Part shown: positions 56,198 to 64,000 of the stretch, piece by piece
How the letters are laid out: each line of letters opens with the position of its first letter
Numbering within the stretch: position 1 is the stretch's first letter
Assembly: GCA_964016885.1 (NCBI GenBank)
Contig: OZ024743.1
Location: 57,536,001 to 57,600,000, forward strand
Reading direction: 5' to 3'
DNA length: 64,000 nucleotides
DNA from: Eledone cirrhosa
Taxonomy: Eukaryota
The notes under the pieces: generated by a model
Seen by the model: only the letters and a program-made list of their open reading frames with translations
Told to the model about the DNA's origin: nothing
Databases searched by the model: none
Translations under genes and position numbers: made by a program

Positions 56198-59100
56198 ATG
56201 GCCGTACTTAGAATAAGCAGTATAAATGTACGTGGTCGGAGGTCATCTTGGAAGCAGGGTCACCTGCTCAGCGACCTCAGGTCACTAAATATAGATGTGG
56301 TGGCCATCAGCGAGACCCGAATCTCCGAACCACGAGCGTTCGTACCGATCTTCGGCGGCTACGATGTATACGTATCTCCTAGCCGTCCAGGATCGGGAGG
56401 AGGAGTTGCGTGCTTTTTTGGAGAGGCTTGGATCTCGCCATACGGGCCTTCTTCCTGGACCCAGAAGGTAAGTCGGTGGTGCTGGACGTGACCGGCACCG
56501 AAGACAACGCTGGACAGGACGGCCAGATTTCTTCAGACGTCTAGAGACCTTTCTTGGAACGTCCCGCTCTTTAGTGTAAGTGGGCCACTGGAACGGTATC
56601 TTAGATGCACGCTGGGATTATGTGAGGTTAGTAGGTTAGATTATGTCTGACAGGTATAGACTGGATTATCCGAATGTGCCAATGTGGACATGGACAAACC
56701 GCATCGGGTCATCCAGATCGTATTTAGATACGGTATTCTGTAGGGAAACACATAAAGCTAGTGTAGGTTGTCCACAAGTTAAAGTAGTCGACTACAACCC
56801 TGAAACGGGCTATTAGAGTAGAATCGATAAGGTTTAGTAAATGAGTAGTGATAGAGAAAAATAGAGTAGAGGGAGAAAGCTAGAAGAGGCGTTTAGGACA
56901 GGCATCGCAACCATCGCACTCGACCAATTCTTCAACGCAAAGCATGAAGGCTGCGTTGTTAGAGCAAGAGCACGTGCTCTAAGTCACGAGGGGACGAAAG
57001 CCGTTCAATGGGCCCAGGCGGTGGAGGCGCGACGAGGCAGGAAGTCAAAAATTCGGTCTTTGCCTGATCAAAACAGGCGCATGTTGCTCGAACCCGAGCA
57101 GATGTGTGCGGTTTTTCAACAGCACTTTGCTCAATTGTTCGGGAGCGACGGTGAGCCGAATTGGAGTATGGACTTCGGTGAATACCTCGACGGACTGCCG
57201 CGACTCTCGACGACCGCAGCGCAGTGCTGCGAAAAGCCGATAACAGCAGGTGAAATACGGGAAGCGATGTCTGACTGCACGAGTGGTAAATCGTCAGGTT
57301 TGGATGGTCTGCCCTACGGAATTTATGCGTATATGCCAGACTTGTTCGGCGATCTCTTGGCAGATGTCTACTGCAACTGGCAGCAGGACGGGAGCATTCC
57401 CAGTTTTGTGAGCCGGGGAGCGGTGGCGCGCTGAGAAAAGAGCCGAACAAGGGGGGCGTTATAGACAACTTCAGGCCCATAACTCTGATAAACGCAGAGT
57501 TTAAGACTTTGGTCAAGGTGTTATGAAAGAGATTGGCGCTTGTCGTCAGTGATCTGGTGGGAGAGGCGCAGACATGCGCCATTTCGGACAGATCCATCCA
57601 CGACAACCTCCATCCCATGCGATGTATCATAGAAAGGGTGGTTAAGGAACCTGGCACGGGTGGGGCCTTGATCAACTTGGATCAATCTGAAGCATTTGAT
57701 GGGGTCGACCATCGGTACCTGGCTGCGGTTCTCGAGGCGGCCGGTTTCGGGCCCGTTTTTAGGGGCTGTATCGCTGCGATACACAGCGACCTCTGCTCGA
57801 TCGTGAGGGTGAATGGTCACCTGTCGCAGCCTTTCAGCATCATGCACTCGGTCCGCCAGGGTTGCCCCTCTCGTCCCTCTTGTACGTACTGTCCCTCGAG
57901 CCGTTACTGCACAAATTGGAGACAATGAGGGGTCCCACGCGAACTGGGATGCAGGGGATCCGTGTCAGCTTACGCCGACGATATCACCATGGTGGTGTCG
58001 AGCATCAAACACGTCCAGATGCTCGGCACCGCTCTCAAGGAATACGAAGCGGTGACAGGAGCAAAGATAAACCAGGAAAATTCTGTGGGCTTGAAACTCG
58101 GCACCTGGGTAGGCAAGTCCATGCCGCCCAACAACGTCGTGGAGCGCTGGACGGAAGAACCGGTTAAATTGCTCGGGGTCTGGTTCGGTCCGTACCTCCA
58201 GATGGAGAAAATCTCGATCGAGGTGGCGAGCAGGGTGACCTCTTTCACCCAGAAATGGGCCGAGAGGAGGCTGTCTCTGAAAGGTTGGACGGAGGAGGGG
58301 AATGCATACATAGCGTCCGTCATCTGCTACCACCTGACCGTCGTACCGTTCCCCCGCCCAAGTTTGACCTAAATGGAGCACCTTCTCTTCCGCCTTTTGT
58401 GGAAGGGACGTGCTCCCATGGTTAGACGATCCATTTGCTGTCAACATCCGTTGCGTGGAGGACTAGGCATGCCATGGCTGATGATGAGCAAACATGCGCT
58501 GAGGATGCGACATTTCTGGTGCTTCCTTGACGGTGAACAGGTGGGGTCGCCGTTTGCCAGACGCGTTTTTCCCCCAGCTCATCTCCTTGACGGAGCTGCA
58601 GTCCTGGATCAGGAAACGACTGAGGGATAGCGTTTGGAAGCTCGAATGTCTCCAAGCGGTTACCGCCCTCTACCAGCTGGGCAATAGTATCGGTGGAACA
58701 TCCACCTCGGCGTTCTATAGAGGGCTAGTAGCGGGAAAGAGCGACGACGTACTCGGGGATACTCTGGGCGTCGAAGACGATCAGCTGTTCGCTCTCTCCA
58801 AGAGAACTTTCAGACTGGGACAATGGACAACTTCCAGAAATCCCTGGCCTGACAGTGCTACCGGGGAGCGTTGCCGGATCGGGATAAGCTCTACAGGCAC
58901 GGAGGTGATGTTAGCCGAGCCTGTCCGAGATGCGCGCAGGGCGAGGAAACCATCCAGCACGCACACCTTCAGTGTCCGTGGATTGCTGACTTGTGGAGCT
59001 ATGTCGAACAGCTGCTGTCGCGTGTAGCACGGATCCGGTTATCGACTGAGTCCATTGTGCAGATAGCCCCGCCATCCTCCTTTAAAGAGGAGGAAGGGCA

Positions 59101-59341
59101 GGAAGTTTTCATCTGCCTGGTGGCCATGGCGAAAGAGATTGTGTGGTGGACAAGGTTGAAAGGGTTGAAGACGGACACTTTCCTCTTCGGCCAATCCCTG
59201 ATTAACTTTTTCAAGTTTCACTTGAAGAGGAAAATCAGGGTGGAGAAGCAAGTGCTGTTTTCTAGTAAGTTTGTTGAAAGGTGGGTGAAAGTGGCGAGTC
59301 TGGTCCGAGCGAACGGGCCCGCTCTGAGTATGCGCCTGTAG
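56198..59341 (+). pseudogene. Disrupted LINE ORF2 (AP endonuclease, reverse transcriptase, zinc knuckle)
   Basis: SINVRG..VAISETR; GKSSGLDGLP; NFRPITLIN; LDQSEAFDGVDH; SVRQGCP; AYADDIT; GAKIN; GGLGMP; CPRCAQGEETIQHAHLQC; multiple stops and frameshifts. Confidence 0.92.
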
Positions 59342-59630
59342 ACTGAGGAGTGGTAAAACTGAGAGAGGGCGCTTGCCCTGGTGGTCAGGGTGGCCGTGGT
59401 CTTTTTGTGAGGTTTTCGCCACGAGTGACCCTCGGAAGTTTCCCCATTTTGGGGGAATTTTTGTTGTTTGAATTTTTTTGATTTCTAGTCCGATTTTTTT
59501 ATAACCTGTTTACACGATCAAAACCCACTTTGTATCGTCCTATACTGTTCTGTGCCGTCTCTAATGTGTTTCTTCACGTTAGCCTTGTGGACAATAAAGA
59601 AACCATTATTAATTATTATTATTATTATTA

Positions 59631-59825
59631 GGTGGTGGATTGGCAGTATCGGTAGAGAGTCGGACATTATGCTTTGAAGCATAGAGTTACGTCCCTTTAT
59701 GATCTGAGTTCAAATCCCGCCGAGGTTAACTTTGCCTTTCATCTTTACGGGGTCGATAAAATAAAGTACCAGTAATGTACTGGGTATTTGTTGGCCTTGT
59801 GCCTAAAGTAGAAACAATTATTATT
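59631..59825 (+). mobile_element. tRNA-derived SINE
   Basis: Same family as 53695; B box GAGTTCAAATCCC. Confidence 0.88.
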
Positions 59826-59849
59826 CTTTGAGTCTCAGTCATTGATGTT

Positions 59850-60845
59850 ATTTAACTGGAAAGTTTGTTGAAATGAATATCAAGCCGCTACCTGCAGCCT
59901 CAGATATTCAGGACGTATCGGAGGTTTCTTGCTGTTCCCAGCAAGCATGCCTTTTGAAGTGTTCCAAAAAGCGGGGCTGAACTAATCTTCTTTAACCATC
60001 CTTGGAAACTCTTTGGGATAGTACCTATTGCGCCTATGACAATCGGGACGACCTTGATTTCATGGCAGTTCCGAATCTTTTTTAACTCCCACTTTAAGTC
60101 CTGGTATCGGTTAATTTTCTCTCTCTCCTTTTCTTGCACTCTCGTGTCAAATGGGCAGGCTACATCTGCAATCAGGCACGATCTTTTTTCCTTGTCCAAA
60201 ACCACCAGCTCAGGCCTATTGTGATCTAATATCTTGTCCGTCTCTATCCTAAAATCCCATAACACCTTCACCTGATCGTTTTCTATCACCGACTCTGGCT
60301 TATGCTCATACCACTTCTCAGAGTGTGGTAAATTGTTTACTTTGCATAGATGCCAGTGGATCACCCTGCCTATCACATCATGTCTCCAGCCTTTATAGTG
60401 AGTTTGGGCTAGGTGTTTACACTCGGATACAATATGAGCCACAGTCTCCTCTCTCTCTCCACAGATCCTACACAGTGAGCTAGCCTCCTCCTTGTCAATA
60501 TGGTGTTTCACCCACTTCGTTCTGAGGGCTTGCTCTTGCGCAACCATTAGCATTCCTTCTGTAGCTTTTTTAAGGTCTCCTCTTTTTAACCAGTTCCATG
60601 TCTGTGGATCTCTAAATTCAGTTTTCTTAAAGAAGGTACTATGAAGGGATTTTTCATGAAGGTTGCTCTTCCTGCTTGGACATCCCCTGTACAATTTCCT
60701 TCAGTACAATTTTGCGCATTGGCTTCCTACTGTCAGTCACATATTTGTGCAGGTTGTTTTTCTCCATCTGAACTCAGTCCTCTATGCTGATAAGACCTCT
60801 TCCACATTCAGATCTTTTTAAGTAGAGTCTATCGACATCACTCCT
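59850..60845 (-). mobile_element. 5'-truncated R4/Dong-type LINE 3' end (CCHC knuckle + restriction-like endonuclease)
   Basis: ORF 59900-60694: AQEQALRT, CRICGEREETVAHIVSEC, RHD, LWDF, NRPELVV..IADVACPFD, EKINRYQDL, PIVIGAIG. Confidence 0.9.
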
Positions 60846-60871
60846 CTTGTGGAACATGTTTATTATTATTA

Positions 60872-61270
60872 TTGAAGAGGAAAATCAGGGTGGAGAGGCA
60901 AGTGCTGCCTTCTGGCAAGTTTGTTGAAAGGTGGGTGAATGTAGCGAGAATGGTTCGAGTGAACGGGACCGCTCTGAATATACATCTGTAGTTTGAGAAA
61001 TGGAAAAATTGAGAGAGGGCGCTTGCTCTGGTGGTCAGGGTGGCCGTGGTCTTTTGTGTGGTTTCCCCCATATCGGGGAATTTTTCATTGTTTCAATTTT
61101 CATTTTTATTGTTTATATATATATGTTTCTATGTCTTTTTTTCTTTTCTTATATAAAAAATAAAAATCTTTACACGCACAAAACCCACATCGTACCGTGC
61201 TGTACCATCCTGTGCCGTCTGTAATGTTTTTCTTGATGTCAGCCCTTGTGGCCAATAAAGAAATCTTTCT
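60872..61270 (+). mobile_element. Short 3' fragment of the Tx1/L1-clade LINE
   Basis: Matches 59222-59600; flanked by (ATT)n on both sides. Confidence 0.88.
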
Positions 61271-61280
61271 TATTATTATT

Positions 61281-64000
61281 GGCGACCTACGTAGGAAATC
61301 GTATTATCGTGAGCTCCGCAAAAGTTTGTTGTTTTCAGTTGTTTAAAATTGCCATTTATGGAAGATTTTATTGTTAACTGTATATAAGTGCACATACATT
61401 GTTTTCTGAAAAGGACACTCAAAAAGATTGGGGCCTTGAGCCCAAAATTTAAACTTTTATAATTATCAAACAAAAATTTCTTTGAAAAAAAATCATGGAC
61501 AACTCACAGTCACACCTTTCTCACAAACTAACACCTCACACCGACACCGCCATTGTAAATATTACTACGTTTGCCAACACTAAAAATATAAGCAGTAGCA
61601 ATAATTTAAATTTGTCTCATGCAGACATTCATTTCCCGCCATTACCAATGACTGCAGGTGTTGAAGCCGCCACCCCCACAGCGACAACAGAAACAAAAGA
61701 AAAAAAAAATTATCTCGTGACATCGAAATAGATTCACCCAGAATGGACTCTTCCACACCGAACACCACTGACCACAACTGAAACTAAAAATAACAATAAC
61801 AAAAATAACGATAACAACAACAGCAACAACAACAATGAAAATGAGAAAACCACCCTGTCTTTTGCCAGAGTAGCAAAAAAGTGCGAAGCGAAGGAATCCA
61901 GGTAACTCAGGAGGAATTAGATGAAACCAAGAGTATGGTAAAGAAAGATGGGTACAGGGTCAGCCCCCCCCCACCTAATAAAATGGAGCATCGGCGCCTA
62001 TGTACCGTGTCTTATCGGACGATTAACATAAAATCGCGCCGAGTGGAACGGGCATCCGAGTCCCAAATCCAAAAAGCTTTGGGACATGTGTGGACAAAAA
62101 AACTCCTCGTCAGACGTAGGCAGAAATATGGAAAGAAAAGCAGGAGAACTGGTCCAGATCTGGGATGGAGCTCCTGATCCAAGTGAACCAAAAAAGCATT
62201 GAGGAGATCCCAGAGGTAATAGATCTCACTGACGTCAGCCACCTCACCGTAATCGTCGAGGGCAGAAGTATGGAACCGTGGACGTGTTCTTTGAAACACC
62301 ACAGGAGGCTAGAGAACACTCCATGGCTCCATTAAGAAGTGACGACTTCACACTCGTCCCAGCTATTGTGGCCAGAGACTCGTAAAGATCAGGGTCACCC
62401 ACGTTCCACCGGCCATCGAAATTCCCTGGCTAATAGCTGCCGTCCTCGCCGGCCTCGAAGCTAACACCAAGGTAATAGAAATAGCGAAAGAAAAGCAGGG
62501 GAACTGGTCCGGATCTGGGATGGAGCTCCTGATCTAAGCGGACCAAAAAAGCATTGAGGAGATCCGAGAGGTAATAGATCTCACTGACGTCAGCCACCTC
62601 ACCGTAATCGTCGAGGGCAGAAGGCCTAGGTGTGTCGTTTGTGATGAAGGAACCTACCTAAGGGCTTTCTGCCCTCAGGCTAAAAGGTTGAGGCCACCTC
62701 TCTTACCCACACCAGTGACTCAACCATCAACACCACCAGCAGCAGAAATAGCAGCAACAACTGTAGCAGCAACAACAGAAGCAACCATAACAGCAACAAC
62801 CCCAGCAATAGTAGCAAAACCAAAACCACCATCCATCCAATGCGACAGAACTAGCACCAGCGCCACAAACAAAACCAACGCCTGTGGAAGATTTTCCACT
62901 ACCCGACCTATCGCAACTGGAGACAGATTGTGACGACGAGGAGTGGGAAACGGTATCAGTAAAAAAGAAAAAAAGAAAAAAAGAAAAAGAAACCAAAAAA
63001 GAAAAAATCCTCTTCCTTCCCCCTCCAAAAACAACATACAGAGGGAAACAAATAAACTATCAAACAAAAAAGTTAGGACAGCTATGCCACCATCCACACC
63101 AGCATCACCAACCCCATCACCACAAACACCAATACCATCACCATCATTAACCCCAACACCACCATCACCAACACCACAAATGTCACCAAAAAGCGAAACA
63201 GAAACAAACCCACAACAAACGCAAACAAAGCAAAACAACCAATACGATACACACTACACAGCATTAAATTTGAACAACAACCAATTATTACACTACATCC
63301 AACACAACACCAGCATCACAGAAAAAGACTACACAACAACCCAAAAGTTCACACCACTTCCACACATACAAATCACTCGCATCACACAGAAAACGTACAC
63401 GACACTAAAACAAAAATTCCCCAAAGACATCGGAATCTTCTGACAAGCACTCTTCAGGAGGATTTATAAGGACATCCTCCCGGAGGAGGCCACAAGCAGT
63501 GAAAAGGATGGAGAAACCATCCTTCCTCTACGAGAAGAAAGGTAAGTGGTATTTCCCATCTTTTTCACTACATTTCAACATGACCTCACTCAGAATAGAC
63601 AGCATAAATGCGCGTGGCTTGGCGTCGTCATGGAAGCAGGGCCATCTGCTAAACGACCTCAGGTCACTAAACATAGATGTAGTGGCCATCAGCGAGACCA
63701 GATCTCCGAAGCACGGGCCTTCGCGCCGATCTTCGGTGGCTACGATGTGTACGCATCTCCCAGCCGTCTTGGATTGGGGGGAGGAGTTGCTGTGCTTTTT
63801 CGGACGGAGAGGTTTGGATCTCGCCATACGGGCCATCTTCCTGGACCCAGAAGGTAAGTTGATGGTGCTGGACGTGACCAGCAGAGACGAGCAAGCTTTC
63901 AGGCTAGTGGCCGTCTATTCCCCGACAGGAGTAGGGCGGCCTGATTTCTTCCGGCGTCTGGAGACATTTCTTGGAACGTCCTGCTCTTTAGTGTTAGTGG
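61281..64000 (+). mobile_element. 5' part of another Tx1/L1-clade LINE (decayed ORF1; ORF2 endonuclease from ATG 63580, running off the window)
   Basis: RRLCTVSYRTINIKSRRVERASESQIQKALGHVWT matches ORF1 at 54770-54880; MTSLRIDSINARGLASSWKQGHLLNDLRSLNIDVVAISETR matches 56198. Confidence 0.9.

Larger units (their letters stand above)
53988..59604 (+). mobile_element. Near full-length, degenerate Tx1/L1-clade LINE (ORF1 + APE/RT/zinc-knuckle ORF2)
   Basis: ORF1 from 54198; ORF2 from ATG 56198; 3' end CCTTGTGGACAATAAAGAAA; (ATT)n on both flanks. Confidence 0.92.

Overview
AT-rich, repeat-saturated eukaryotic DNA with no recognisable host protein-coding gene. The SINE types, long (TA)n/(CA)n/(TATG)n/(ATT)n microsatellites and LINE content suggest a cephalopod (octopus-like) intron or intergenic region; the organism is an inference. 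Contents: (1) three Penelope-like retroelements (PLEs, RT plus C-terminal GIY-YIG), one with a ~1000-codon open frame; (2) several Tx1/L1-clade LINE copies sitting in (ATT)n or (CTAT)n repeats; (3) two R4/Dong-type RLE LINE remnants; (4) RTE-type 3' ends; (5) many tRNA-derived SINEs; (6) a 600-bp non-coding element in three copies; (7) a ~14-kb G-depleted triplet-phased satellite block at 37.5-51.3 kb. The most notable signal is about a dozen minimal hammerhead-ribozyme motifs together with eight fold-back or inverted-arm insertions in (TA)n tracts. These share one architecture: one arm ends in TA, the other carries an extra ~45-100-nt tail. Two of them place a hammerhead on both strands.
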